From an uncultured Chloroflexia bacterium (GTDB taxonomy: Bacteria; Chloroflexota; Anaerolineae; JAAYZQ01): a DNA stretch of 64,000 nt. Of the stretch, positions 20,683-31,369 are shown piece after piece. Every line of letters starts with the position of its first letter. The first letter of the stretch is position 1. The DNA lies in NCBI GenBank assembly GCA_963700285.1, contig CAVOXA010000010.1, forward strand, positions 288,001 through 352,000. The letters are read 5' to 3'. The notes under the pieces were generated by a model, which had not been told where the DNA came from, ran no database searches, and worked only from the letters and a program-made list of their open reading frames with translations. Both the position numbers and the translations under genes were made by a program.

Positions 20683-21577
20683 CTAGTCCTCTGGATAATC
20701 CCAACTGGTCGCGTGGGGCTGGATCAGCTCCACTGTCGCACCGGCGTTGTACTGGCCATAGACAAACGATTCATAGCCATCGTTGGCGTCAAAGATCTTG
20801 TCCTGGAAGACAGGCACGCCGATGTCGCGCAGATGCTGTACATCGGCTTCGATACTCGTGGTCTGCAGGGCAATGATGCTCCAGGCCCTCGCCCTGGTCC
20901 GCCAGGAACTTGGACACACGGGACTCGGGGTTCCAGTTCTGGACCACGTGCAGCCAGCACTCGTTGCCCAGCAGAATGCGGGCGTCGTACTGCATGCCTT
21001 TGCCCTGATCGTCGCGAAAGTCTCTGCAGCCCAGCCCAAACAGCTTCTCAAAGAGCTGGCAGGTGGCCCCTTGAGTTTTTGACCGCCACGCCAATGTGCT
21101 GCAGCCGGATGAGGCCCATCTTGGCGCTTACCGGGCCAGTCTCCTGCGGATAGTTCCAACTGGTAGCATGTGGCTGGATCAGCTCAACCGTGATGCCCGG
21201 CGTTGTATTCAGGGTAGACGAAGGCCTCAAAACCATCGGCGCGCGTCAAAGATCTTGTCCTGATAGAGGGTACACCCGACATCACGCACGCGCTGCACAT
21301 CGGCTTCGATGTCATCGCTCTCCAGGGCGATGTGCTCCAGGCCCTCGCCATGCTCTCTCCAGGAACTGGTAGACGCGCGACCTCGGGATTCCAGTTCTGG
21401 ACCATGTGCAGCCAGCAGTCATTGCCCAGCAGCATGCGCGAATCGTACTGCATGCCCTTGCCCTGGTCGTCGCGAAAGTCCTGGCATTTGAGCCCAAAGA
21501 GCTTGTCGAATCGCTCGCAGGCCGCAGTGCATGTCGCGGACCGCGAGGCCGATGTGTTGCACTCGAATGATGGCCAT
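20683..21577 (-). CDS. Tandem-duplicated VOC family protein (two methylmalonyl-CoA-epimerase-like domains), apparent frameshifts
   Basis: Two near-identical halves QHIG.AV...FRDDQGKGMQYD...WLH.VQNWNPE...GEGLEH...VELIQPHATSW. GGAGG RBS. Confidence 0.8.
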
Positions 21578-21598
21578 GTTCTAATCCTCCATCCGACT

Positions 21599-23292
21599 CT
21601 ATCCCAACGCCACCGTGTGAGCATCCTGGCCCGCGCGCTGGCTCAGGGCCTTGACCGTCACCTCTGCCGGGCCGCCGCCCTCGACCCGGACCACCCACTC
21701 TGCCTTTTTCGAGGCCTTGTGCCAGTCGATAAAGCGGGAGTACTTCATGCCTCGCTCTGACCGGCCCGACAGGTGATCCAGATCCTGCTGCGGCTTGCCG
21801 GCGACCAGCTCCAACCCTATCACCCAGGGCGAGTTCGGCGATCACAGGTGTGACCACCTTGGCGTCGATGGCCCGCCGGGTGACGTAGGTAGGCAGGTAG
21901 CCCAGGTTCTCAACGATGGCCTCGATCTTGAACAGCTCATCAGCCACTCTTGTGGCTTTCACATCGCTGATATTCAGCCGAGGCGATATCAGCGCGTGCT
22001 GCAGGGTGAACAGCATGTTCTTGTGACACAGTTCGGGCAGGTGGTGGGCGGGCGGGTTACGGAACATGAACAGCCGCTTCCAGCCGCCCAACTCCACGGG
22101 CCCCAATTGCGGGTGCTCAAAGGGCGTCCAGTCCATAAAACCCTCGCCCTCGAGCTGCTCGTCGCTCCACTTGAGCAACTTGAGGTTCTCCTCCTCGTTG
22201 AGGGGCCGGATGGGGAAGAACCAGTCCTTTTCGATACCGGCTGCGGCATACACGTCCCACAGTTCGGTGACGATGCCAATGATGCCCCGCTGCACGTACA
22301 AAAAGCCGCCCGATGTGCCCAGCCTGCGGGGAACGTTGGGGATGTTAAAGTCGTTCTCGTCAGCGAGCAGACCGTAGCCGGTGGTTTCGGCGCCCATTTC
22401 ACCGATCCGCCGCAAGACAACCGTGTCCTCGTAGGGTGTGCCGCCCGGCGGGACCTCAAAGGGCAGCAGGATGACGCCCGCGTTGGTGTGATAGTTCACC
22501 GCGCCGTTGATGTTGGGATGATCCAGGACAAAGCGGGTAACAGCCATGAATCTCCGGCTCGGCGAGAGGATACTCGCCAGCGCCATACTGCTCGTTCTCG
22601 GGTCCCCAGGCGTAGGGATAGTTACGGTTCAGGTTGCCATCCTGGGGCCGGGGGACAGTGGCATCGGCGCCGTCGAAATCCTCGATTTCGCCCTCAGGAA
22701 GCAGCCGGTAGTACTCGCCGCCATGCTCCCACAGCTCACGGTGGACCAGGATGCGGGGGTCTTTTTCGGAGGCTTTCCACTCGCCCTTTTCGTCGCGGAT
22801 GCGCATGTCGCTGACAAAGCCATCGCCGTTCACGTCGGCATAGTGCAGGCCGGGCCCAAACTGGTCTTCGCCGGGCATATAGCGGCCATTGCCAATCCAC
22901 TCGTGGTAGATACCCTTCAGGGCAATCTCCATGCCGTCGGGATTGACCACGGGCAGGATGTAAAAGGTCTGCCAGTCCAGCAGGCGGGTGACCATCTCGT
23001 CCTGCCCATAGTTGGTCACCAGGTACCAGGCAGTGTACAGGCTGACCACGGCACCCGAGATCTCCTCGGGATGGGTCACGCCGTCGATATAGTAGCCAGG
23101 CTTGTCACCGGGCTCACCGGTGGCCTTGTTGGTGATCTCGATGAGCCACAGCCCGCGCCCCTGCAGGCTGGCACCGATGTTATGCAGGGTGGCCAGTTCG
23201 GGATAGGCTTCGGCCAGCCCCTTTAGCGCAGCCTCTGTCTGCGCGGCGTCATAGTAGCGGTCAAAGTCCATTTCAAATCGTGACTCGCTCAT
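21599..23292 (-). CDS. M14 family zinc carboxypeptidase, apparent frameshifts near 22550 and 21820
   Basis: SLQGR, THPEE, NPDG, NLNRNY, NYHT, TELW. Confidence 0.87.
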
Positions 23293-23350
23293 TTCGATTC
23301 CTCTCCAGAGTCCTTCGCGCGGTGTCGGTGTATGCTAGGCTGCTTCAGGT

Positions 23351-24640
23351 CTACAGAGTGAGCCAGCACCAATCCTTGGTCAGGGGAGTATTGTTCAGAA
23401 CAATGCCCCGCTCCTTTCCAACCAGGATGGTATTGGAGTGATTGTAGCCCCAGCCGCCCTGGGGATTGTAAAGCCCTGGCTCATTGCTCATGAGCATGCC
23501 TTCTTGCAGCACCGTCTCATCACCCAGGGCCAGGCAGGGGGCCTGATGACCCTCCATGCCGATGCCATGGGCCGGGCGGTGATAGACGAATTCCTCCAGG
23601 CCGGCATCCCTGGGCAGCTTGAGGACACTGGCTGGCAATCTCGTTGCAGGCCAGGCCTGCCCGGCACAGTTCGGCCTGAAGCTCGGTCATCTGGGTATGT
23701 ACTTCCCAGGTCTTTTTCTGCAGGTCGTTCATGGGCGCAAGTTGCACCGCCCGGTAGCATTCGCCCACGTAACCGCCCAGGTGCACCCAGCCAGCAAGCT
23801 GGATGGCATCGCCGTGCTCGATCTGGTGATAGTAGAACTGGTTGGGATGAGGATAGGCGGTACTGGCACCGGCACGACAGACCAAAAAGATGTCGATGCC
23901 AACGGCGTTGTGGGGCCGGCCATCAGGCTTGAGCCAGCCCATCAGCAGGTCGGTGATGTAGCGCTTGGTCTCGACCTGGACGTCATAGTCGGTGACGCTG
24001 GTGCCATATTCCAGGATAAAGGCCCGGGCGTATTCGAGCATGTGGTCCTGGAGATCGAGCGCCTTCTGGGTCAGGGCCAGCTCTTCGGCGTCCTTGATCT
24101 GGCGCATCTTGAGGCAGAGGTCACCGACGATCCTGAAGGTGGCCTGGGGCAGAGCGGCCTGCATCCGGGCAGCGACGCTGGGGCCCACTTCCGATTCGAT
24201 GCCCAGGGTGGCCGTGGCCAAAGCCCCGGTTACCCAGACTGCCCAGCATCCACTGCAGCAGGTCCTGGGGCGGACCCGGCTCGCAGACAAAGGTGTCGTA
24301 AGCTCCATGATGGGGATAGTCAAAGTACCATTCGGCGTCCTGGATCCACCAGGTATCGACCAGGTCGCGATCCAGGGCCGGGTGGTAGATGACAGGCTCA
24401 CCCTTTGCCGGGACAAAGAGCCAGAAGGGCCGCTCGGTCTTGGAGTGAAAGAGCCCGGAGAAATAGATGATGTTCCAGACATCCTCCAGGATGATGCCAT
24501 CCAGGCCGTTCTCCGACAGGGTGGCCTGGAGGCGCGTCATATTCTGCCGGTACCAGGCTTCCGGCAGCCGGAAAGGCGGCTCCAAGGGTGTGCATAGGTG
24601 GGATCAGATCCGTGGTCTCCAAGTCAGATTGTGCGTTCAT
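23351..24640 (-). CDS. M24 family (creatinase/ectoine-hydrolase-like) hydrolase, apparent frameshifts
   Basis: TERPFW, IKDAEEL, YPHP, HRPAHGIGMEGH, NEPGLY, GYNHSNT. Confidence 0.82.
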
Positions 24641-24665
24641 GCTCTCCCAGTCCCGTAGACGACCG

Positions 24666-24687
24666 GGCGTGGACCACAGTCCACGCC
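24666..24687. other. Intergenic 9-bp hairpin GGCGTGGAC-CACA-GTCCACGCC
   Basis: Perfect stem ~25 nt upstream of the M24 start, with no U-tract. Possible mRNA processing or stabiliser site. Confidence 0.45.
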
Positions 24688-24701
24688 AAGCGTATTAGCA
24701 A

Positions 24702-24791
24702 GACCTCGGAGGCTTTTCAGGCCAGCCGGTACGCTCGGCCGGATGCGCCCAGAACGCCGAGAACCCGTACACAACTCAAAGCTCCGAGGTC
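24702..24791. repeat. REPIN-like inverted pair GACCTCGGAGGCTTT ... AAAGCTCCGAGGTC
   Basis: Near-perfect inverted arms ~60 bp apart with the same core as the 2081-2097 palindrome. Confidence 0.5.
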
Positions 24792-24804
24792 CGGATATGT
24801 AGAC

Positions 24805-25747
24805 TCAGCCCCCAGCCATGATGGCGTCGACTTCTGCGACCTCGTCCGCAGACAGGTCCAATCGGCTGCTTTGACGTTGCTCAGCACATGGTCCAGCTTG
24901 GTCGCGCCAGAGATGACCGAACAGACCGCTGGGCTGGGCCATCAGCCAGGCCTGGGCCAGCTCGTTCAGACCACGACCATGGTCGGCGGACCAGCTTCCA
25001 GTTTTTCGATGCGGTCATAGTTGGCGTCGGTCATGTACTTTTGCACATAGTCGCTGACCGCGCCCCGGGATCCGGGTGGGGCTGGCTCGCCCCGCTCGTA
25101 CTTGCCGGTGAGAAAGCCGCCCGCCAGCGGGAAATAGGGCACAAAGCCCACGTTGTGGGCCCGGCAGTAGGGCAGCACCTCCCGTTCGGCCCGCCGTTCC
25201 AGCATGCTGTACTCCGACTGGATGACGACGATGGGCGTCCAGCCACGGACTTCTGTCAGCAGGTTGGCGTGGGCCAGTTGCCACGAGGCAAAGTCAGAGA
25301 CGCCCACGTAGCGGATCTTGCCCATGCGGATCAGGTCATCCAGCGTCCGCAAGGTCTCTTCGATGGGCGTGTGGTCGTCCCAGCGGTGGACATAGTACAG
25401 ATCGATGTGGTCGCTCTGCAGGCGCCGCAGGCTGTTCTCAACAGCATTCATGATGTGATAGCGCGAGGCGCCGCGATCGTTGGTACCCTCCCCGGTGGGG
25501 AACCAGAACTTGCTGGCCAGGACAAACTTGTCCCATCGCCCCTTCAGCGCCACACCCAGCGTCTCCTCCGAGCGCCCTTTCTGGTAGCTATTGGAGGTAT
25601 CAATGTGGTTGATGCCGATGGTCGATGGCGGCGTCGATGATGTCTGGTGACCTCCTTCTGGGGCAGCATTTCAGAGCCGAAACGGTTGGTTCCTATACCA
25701 ATCACCGATACACGCACGCCCGAATTTCCTAGTTGGCGGTATTCCAT
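24805..25747 (-). CDS. Aldo/keto reductase, apparent frameshifts
   Basis: MEYRQLGNSG, LASK, IDLYYVH, GKIRYVGVS, YFPLAGGFLTGK. Confidence 0.88.
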
Positions 25748-25810
25748 TTCAATCCCCCCTTTTTCGAATTGCTGGTATAACTCAGCCCATCCTCCCACAG
25801 GTCTCCAACC

Positions 25811-26434
25811 TCATGCCTTGAAAGTACCCTGAAAGTCCAGCGTCTCGACCAAAAAGATCCCTTGCTTGATGCCCTTCACGAGCTTATGTTCCTTGGCCAA
25901 CAACACCTCCAAGGCGGCAGCCAGGCCCGCTTCCTCTTCTTGGGGAACAACCACCACCCCGTTGTCGTCTCCGAGGATGATGTCGCCCGGATGAACGACG
26001 ATTCCGCCGCAGCTCACCGGTACCTGGGTTCGGCCCAGCCGCCGGTTGGTCCCAACGCGGGGAGTCACCCCCCGGGCGAATACGGGAAAGCCCACTTCGC
26101 GCAAGCCCTCCACATCGCGGACCGCACCGTCAATCACGATGCCGGCAAAGCCCCTGGTCCTGCACTCCAGGGCCATAATCTCACCCAGGAGCGCACCAGA
26201 GCCGACGTCGCCCTCGCCATCGACCACGATCAGGTCGCCAGGAAAGGCTTCAACCAGGGCCTTGTGCACGGTGATGATGCTTCCCGGGTAGGCCTTGACG
26301 GTGAAAGCCCGGCCAAGCATCCGGAAACCTGGAACCGCTGGTTTGATGCCGGGATGCATGACGCCCAGCGAACCCAACACATCGCTGACATTGGCCGAAG
26401 TCGCCGGGCCGAATATTTTCTCTAGATCAGACAT
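25811..26434 (-). CDS. RraA-like / HMG aldolase family protein
   Basis: GRAFTV, GALLGE, DGAVRD, PGDIILGDDNGVVVVP. Confidence 0.9.
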   Translation of the reverse strand: MSDLEKIFGPATSANVSDVLGSLGVMHPGIKPAVPGFRMLGRAFTVKAYPGSIITVHKALVEAFPGDLIVVDGEGDVGSGALLGEIMALECRTRGFAGIVIDGAVRDVEGLREVGFPVFARGVTPRVGTNRRLGRTQVPVSCGGIVVHPGDIILGDDNGVVVVPQEEEAGLAAALEVLLAKEHKLVKGIKQGIFLVETLDFQGTFKA

Positions 26435-27197
26435 TGTCCATTCCTCCCGTGGGGTTCCTCAAGTCAAGCACTGCTTCTGGTGTCCGGCCCAGCGGATCAC
26501 GCTGGGCAACCGCTTTGGCCAAACTGCGGTGGATGCCAGGCGCCGCAGCCCGCAACTCGTCCTCATTGGCATTGAGGACGCGACCGTCCTCGACGACCTG
26601 TTGGCCGGCGACAAAGACGGTATCCACATCCTGGCCTCTGCCAAATAGAACCAGGGAGCGCACCAGATCCAGCACAGGGCCATAGTGACAGTGAGAAAGG
26701 TCGACGCAGACGAGATCAGCCTGCGCGCCGGCTGCCAGCCGGCCAGGATCCTGGCGTCCGAGGGCATCCGCGCTGCCCACTGTCGCCGCAGCAAAGACCT
26801 CCTGGCAGGTGGGCCGTTCAGCGGTCCGGGCCGTCTGTTTGCCCATGAACCAGGCCAGCCGCATCTCCTCGATGATGTCCGAGGGCCAGATGTCGCAGCC
26901 GATGCCCACGTTCACACCGTGGTCCAGGTAACGGGGCAGGCTGTGCAGCGCCTCACCCCCGCTGAAGAACAAGCGGGGGGAATGGGCCACGGAGGACCCG
27001 GCATCGGCGATGAGGCTCAGATCCCGGTCGGGATCCCCACCCACATCCGGGTGCCCGCTGGTATAGACACAGTGCCCCAGGATGATGTCAGGGCCCAGAA
27101 AACCAATACGATGCCGCAGCGGTTCGCCGGCGCTGTCCCAGACAGCAACCCAGCCTCCACACACCTTGGTAATCGGGGCTTTTGCTTTTGCGACCAA
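26427..27197 (-). pseudogene. Internally deleted paralogue of the neighbouring amidohydrolase
   Basis: The N-terminal GGWVAVWD...RHRI is joined in frame directly to GFLGPDIILGH. ~249 codons, including the HxH metal motif, are missing relative to 27257-28729. Confidence 0.75.
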
Positions 27198-27256
27198 CTT
27201 GCCTCCCCCTGCCTCGAAAGGTCTCTTGACAGAATCTCAAAGGAAAAGGAGGAAGG

Positions 27257-28729
27257 CTATGCCTCAAGTCCCAGGATCGACTCGATGGTACGGTGCAGGG
27301 GATCCCGCTCCGAAGCAGCTTGGGCAAGCTTGCACAGGATGCTGGGCGCCGCGGCACGCAGCGCATCCTCGTCTGCATTCAGCACACGCCCCCCTTTGAC
27401 AACGGGGCGACCATGCACAAAGATCGTGTCCACGTCCTGGCCCTTGCCAAAGGCAACCAGTGAACGTATCGGGTCCAGGACGGGGCCATAGTGATACCCC
27501 GACATATCGACACAGACAATGTCGGCGCTCGCGCCTGGCGCCAATCGGCCGAGGTCAGCGCGGCCCATGGCGTCCGCGCTGCCAACCGTCGCCGCGGTAA
27601 AGACCTCCAGGCAAGTTGGCCGATCTGCCGTCCTGTTGGTATGCTTACCCAGGAACCAGGCCAGTCGCATCTCCTCGATAATGTCCACCGGCCAGATGTC
27701 ACAGCCGAGCCCAACGTTGATGCCGTGGTCCAGATAGCGCGGCAGGGAGTGCATCGCTATCCCCCCACGGGCAAAGGGCAAGGGCGAGTGCGCTACCGAG
27801 GAACCGGCATCCGCGATCAGCTTCAGGTCCCGATCTGGGTCGCCGCCCACCGCCGGGTGGCCGCTGATGAAAATACAGTGCCCCAGGATGATATCCGGTC
27901 CGAGGAAACCAATGTTGTACAGGTGGCCCACCGGAGTGTCTCCATAGAGACGCCGGACCAGATCCACCTCGCCCAGATATTGGGCGGTATGGATCTCGAT
28001 ACGTAGATCCCTGGCCCGCGCTTCCCTCAGGGCCACTGCCAGCAATGCCGGGCTGTTGTTGTCCACGGCGTGGGGGCAAAGGATGACTTGTACGCGTTCG
28101 TCATGGGTCTTGTGGTGCTCCTCGGCAAAGCGCAGCGCTGCCTGCAGGAGCTCCATCCCCATCTCTTCATCCCAATGCCAATCACGAGAACCATCCGCTT
28201 TCTGATAGCCTCGGGCCGAGCGAAAACCGAGCGCCAGGTAGGCCCGGCTGCCGATACGGCCCACTACCTCGGCCAGGAATGCCTCGTCGGTGGGGGGATT
28301 GCCCAGCCACCAGATGGGACCGTAGCCATGCGCATCGACAACCGTCGTCGTGCCGGTGCGCAACATTTGCACCAGGGAGAACTCGGCGCTCATCCTTTGC
28401 TCTTCCAGGGTCAATGTCGGCCACATGAAGAGGGGAGCCATCTCTGCGAACTCTTGGCTGGGCGCGAACCGGCCGGCGCGGGAGACATCAACCACGGACG
28501 CCATGAGCTCGACGCCGACGTGGCCGTGCAGGTTGATGAAGCCGGGGCAGATGAACCACTCGAGATTTTCGAGCATGGCATCGGCTTGGCCCTCAAAGCG
28601 CGGTCCGGCGTACAGGATCCGATTCCCTTCGAAGGCAACCTCCCCCCTCTCGACGATACGATGCCGCGGAAAAGGTGCCCCATCTCCATCCCAGACTGCG
28701 ACCCAGCCACCTCGTAGCAGTGTGATCAT
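27257..28729 (-). CDS. Amidohydrolase family protein (chlorohydrolase/SsnA-like deaminase)
   Basis: PGFINLHGH, IHTAQ, LGHC, GCD, GRLAPGASAD. Confidence 0.88.
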   Translation of the reverse strand: MITLLRGGWVAVWDGDGAPFPRHRIVERGEVAFEGNRILYAGPRFEGQADAMLENLEWFICPGFINLHGHVGVELMASVVDVSRAGRFAPSQEFAEMAPLFMWPTLTLEEQRMSAEFSLVQMLRTGTTTVVDAHGYGPIWWLGNPPTDEAFLAEVVGRIGSRAYLALGFRSARGYQKADGSRDWHWDEEMGMELLQAALRFAEEHHKTHDERVQVILCPHAVDNNSPALLAVALREARARDLRIEIHTAQYLGEVDLVRRLYGDTPVGHLYNIGFLGPDIILGHCIFISGHPAVGGDPDRDLKLIADAGSSVAHSPLPFARGGIAMHSLPRYLDHGINVGLGCDIWPVDIIEEMRLAWFLGKHTNRTADRPTCLEVFTAATVGSADAMGRADLGRLAPGASADIVCVDMSGYHYGPVLDPIRSLVAFGKGQDVDTIFVHGRPVVKGGRVLNADEDALRAAAPSILCKLAQAASERDPLHRTIESILGLEA

Positions 28730-28794
28730 TGGTGTATGCCTTTCGTCTACCTTTGGCAGAATCGCCCGGCAGCCAGGGCCGAGCGCCCTGATGC

Positions 28795-29694
28795 TTACAG
28801 CAGGTCTGCCTCGTTGAGTATCCCCTGGAGTTCCTGGCGGTGGGCCTCGTCCAAGGGCAGGAGGGGCAAGCGCGGCGGTCCGCCATAATAGCCGACCATG
28901 TCCAGGGCCGCCTTGAGGCCACTAACACCGAAACGACTGGTGATGGCCAGGTTGACCGGCAGCATCCGCAGGTGGAGGTCGCGCCCCTTTTCGATGTCGC
29001 CGGCGTTAAAGAGGTCAAACAAGGCGACCGATTCGTCAGGCGCCATGTTGGCCAGGGCGAGAATGCCCCCCGTGACGCCGATGGCCAGCGATGGATAGAA
29101 AAAATTGGCCGAACCGGACAGCACCTGGAAGGAAGGATCGGCCCGGCGGATGGTCTCGCCCATCTTGGGCATGTTGCCGCCTGTATCCTTTACGCCAATG
29201 ATGTTGGGATGGTACGACAGTTCGATCAACAGGTCCGCCGCCAGATCCATGCCGGTCGCGGGCGGCAGGTTGTAGATAAGGATGGGGATGGAAGAACTGT
29301 CGGCGACGTCGCAATAGTACCTGGTCAGCACAGGCACGGTCATCTGGCCCTTGTAGTAGTTGGGGTTTACCACAATGGCTGCATCGGCGCCAATTTCGGC
29401 CGCTTTCTCGGTCAGCCGGAGTGTGTGGACCGTCGACTCGCTGGCCGTGCCGGCGATCATCAGCCGGTGGTGGGGGATTGCCTGGCGGGCCGTCCGCAGC
29501 ACGTCCAGCCTTTCTTCCTCGTTGAGGTAGACCCATTCGCCGTTGGAACCCAGCACCACGTAGCCACAGAGTCCTGTCTGGTTCCACTTGTCGAGGTTGG
29601 ATTCCATCTTGTCGTGGGCAACGTTGCCAGCATCGTCAAAAGAAGTCACAATGGGTGTGAATACACCGCGCAACGAGACAGTAGATTCGGTCAT
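28795..29694 (-). CDS. DapA-family aldolase, 4-hydroxy-2-oxoglutarate aldolase-like
   Basis: GSNGE (HOGA-type, versus GTTGE in DapA), IYNLP, GVKD Schiff-base Lys, RLPL. Confidence 0.85.
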   Translation of the reverse strand: MTESTVSLRGVFTPIVTSFDDAGNVAHDKMESNLDKWNQTGLCGYVVLGSNGEWVYLNEEERLDVLRTARQAIPHHRLMIAGTASESTVHTLRLTEKAAEIGADAAIVVNPNYYKGQMTVPVLTRYYCDVADSSSIPILIYNLPPATGMDLAADLLIELSYHPNIIGVKDTGGNMPKMGETIRRADPSFQVLSGSANFFYPSLAIGVTGGILALANMAPDESVALFDLFNAGDIEKGRDLHLRMLPVNLAITSRFGVSGLKAALDMVGYYGGPPRLPLLPLDEAHRQELQGILNEADLL

Positions 29695-29750
29695 GATCCT
29701 CCTCCCTTCCTGGACATGCTCCTGATCGGGTCCAGAGGCACCGCAGTCGC

Positions 29751-30413
29751 CTATGCCAGCCGGGCCCGAACTTTTTCTGCGGATCCGCTCATCTCCGAGA
29801 TCTTGGCGCCCTTCAATAGCTCGTTCTGCGCCCAGGCGCCCCGTTTCTGGCGCACCTCGGCCTGGTCAACCAACTCCGCGGCGGCTTCCGGAGACATGAT
29901 CAGGATCCCATCGGAATCTGCAACAACCAGGTCCCCGGGATTCACCGCAACCCCGCCAATCTGGACCTGTGTGTTGATCTCTCCACTCTCAGCCAGCCCC
30001 TTGGTCGTCAAGGCGGTGATAGACCTGGCATAGACGGGAAAGGCAAACTCCTGGATCTCGAGAAAGTCGGTAGCGCAGCCATCCACGATCGTGCCAGCGA
30101 TCCCCCGTATCTTGGCGGCCAGGGAGGTCATACCCCCCCAACAGGCGTGTTTGCCGTCGCCGTTGCGATCGATCAAGATCACGTCGCCTGGCTCGGCCAT
30201 GTCGATGGCTACGTGCACAACGGCGCTGTCCAGGGCAGTGGTACGGACGGTAAAGGCCGGCCCTACGACGCTGCAGGGTCTCCAGAGCGGCTGGAGACCC
30301 GGATCACAGAAACCAAACTCCAACATATGGCCGACCGTAGCCGGCTCTATCGACCTGTAGCGTTCGATCAACTCCGCAGATAGGCTGGTAGCACGTGGAT
30401 TGATGACGATCAT
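29751..30413 (-). CDS. RraA-like / HMG aldolase family protein
   Basis: GPAFTV, ACWGG, DGCATD, PGDLVVADSDG. Confidence 0.88.
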   Translation of the reverse strand: MIVINPRATSLSAELIERYRSIEPATVGHMLEFGFCDPGLQPLWRPCSVVGPAFTVRTTALDSAVVHVAIDMAEPGDVILIDRNGDGKHACWGGMTSLAAKIRGIAGTIVDGCATDFLEIQEFAFPVYARSITALTTKGLAESGEINTQVQIGGVAVNPGDLVVADSDGILIMSPEAAAELVDQAEVRQKRGAWAQNELLKGAKISEMSGSAEKVRARLA

Positions 30414-30506
30414 GCATCCCCCTTTTCCTATGACTGTTCGTGACAGGCTAGGCTCATGGCACCGCTTCAGCGCCACTTCCCAGGTATAGTTGTACGGGCG
30501 ACCGGA

Positions 30507-31328
30507 TCAGCGCTGAATTCCCTGGCCATAGTCGCTGGTGCTATCCAAGACGGACATCGTCTCATGGATAGCTCGCGCAGTGTCGATGACAAACCGCTCC
30601 TGCTCCGGTGGCTCGCACAGCGCAAACTTTGTCATGACGGCCAGGGCGTAGGGCCGTCGTGGCAGGTAGACGATCCCGGCGTCGCAGCGCACGCGTTCCA
30701 TACCGCCGGGTTTGTTAGCCAGCGGCACCGTCGCCGGAAGAGCACGGTTGAAGAGCGGAGCGCCCTTTTGCTTCTTTAGGATGGACAGACAGCGTTCCGC
30801 CACGCCCGGGCTGGGCTCTCCCCGGTACAGCAGATCCAACATCTCCACGAGGTCGGCCGGGGTGGCCGTGTTCTCCAGATTGCGGGCCACCGCGTCCTGA
30901 TCCTGCATTTTGCGCCGCAGGGTGGTGCGCGCCAGTCCCATTTCCCGAATCAGGGCATTGGTCGCCTCCATGCCAGCCAGGTCGATGCACAGGTTCGTGG
31001 CCGTATTGTCCGAGACGATGATCATCAGGATGGCTATGTTCAGCCAGCTTAGCTCGACCTCGCCCTCCAGGTAGGTAAGCACACCGCTGCCGGGGACGTC
31101 CAGATCCGGCGTCAGGCGTAGCACCTCGTCCAGGTCAATCTCTCCCCGCTCGGCGCGGAGCAGGAGCTGGGTCAGGACGTGGATCTTGATGGTGGAGGCT
31201 GTGGGAAACTCTTCGTCGCCGCGGATAGAAAAGCCGCCACCGCGGCTCAAGTCCTTGACACAGACGCCGGCCACGCCGGGGAACTCGTCCACCCTATGCG
31301 CGATCTCGCGTTCCAGTCGTTGCCACAA
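30507..31328 (-). CDS. Cytoplasmic class-A beta-lactamase-like serine hydrolase
   Basis: ASTIK (SxxK), SDN, KPG. No signal peptide and no ExxLN omega-loop motif. Confidence 0.85.
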   Translation of the reverse strand: MWQRLEREIAHRVDEFPGVAGVCVKDLSRGGGFSIRGDEEFPTASTIKIHVLTQLLLRAERGEIDLDEVLRLTPDLDVPGSGVLTYLEGEVELSWLNIAILMIIVSDNTATNLCIDLAGMEATNALIREMGLARTTLRRKMQDQDAVARNLENTATPADLVEMLDLLYRGEPSPGVAERCLSILKKQKGAPLFNRALPATVPLANKPGGMERVRCDAGIVYLPRRPYALAVMTKFALCEPPEQERFVIDTARAIHETMSVLDSTSDYGQGIQR

Positions 31329-31369
31329 TGCGCGACATCGCTCATATCCAATCCCTCCCTCTCAGATTC

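Noticed and set aside
7172-30033. Long plus-strand ORFs (7172-8506, 9805-11046, 21795-22814, 28840-30033 and others)
   Set aside because: They are antisense shadows of well-supported minus-strand genes in high-GC DNA and show no recognisable motifs.
30507-31328. Antibiotic-resistance beta-lactamase
   Set aside because: No signal peptide, no Glu166-type ExxLN motif, and a catabolic context.
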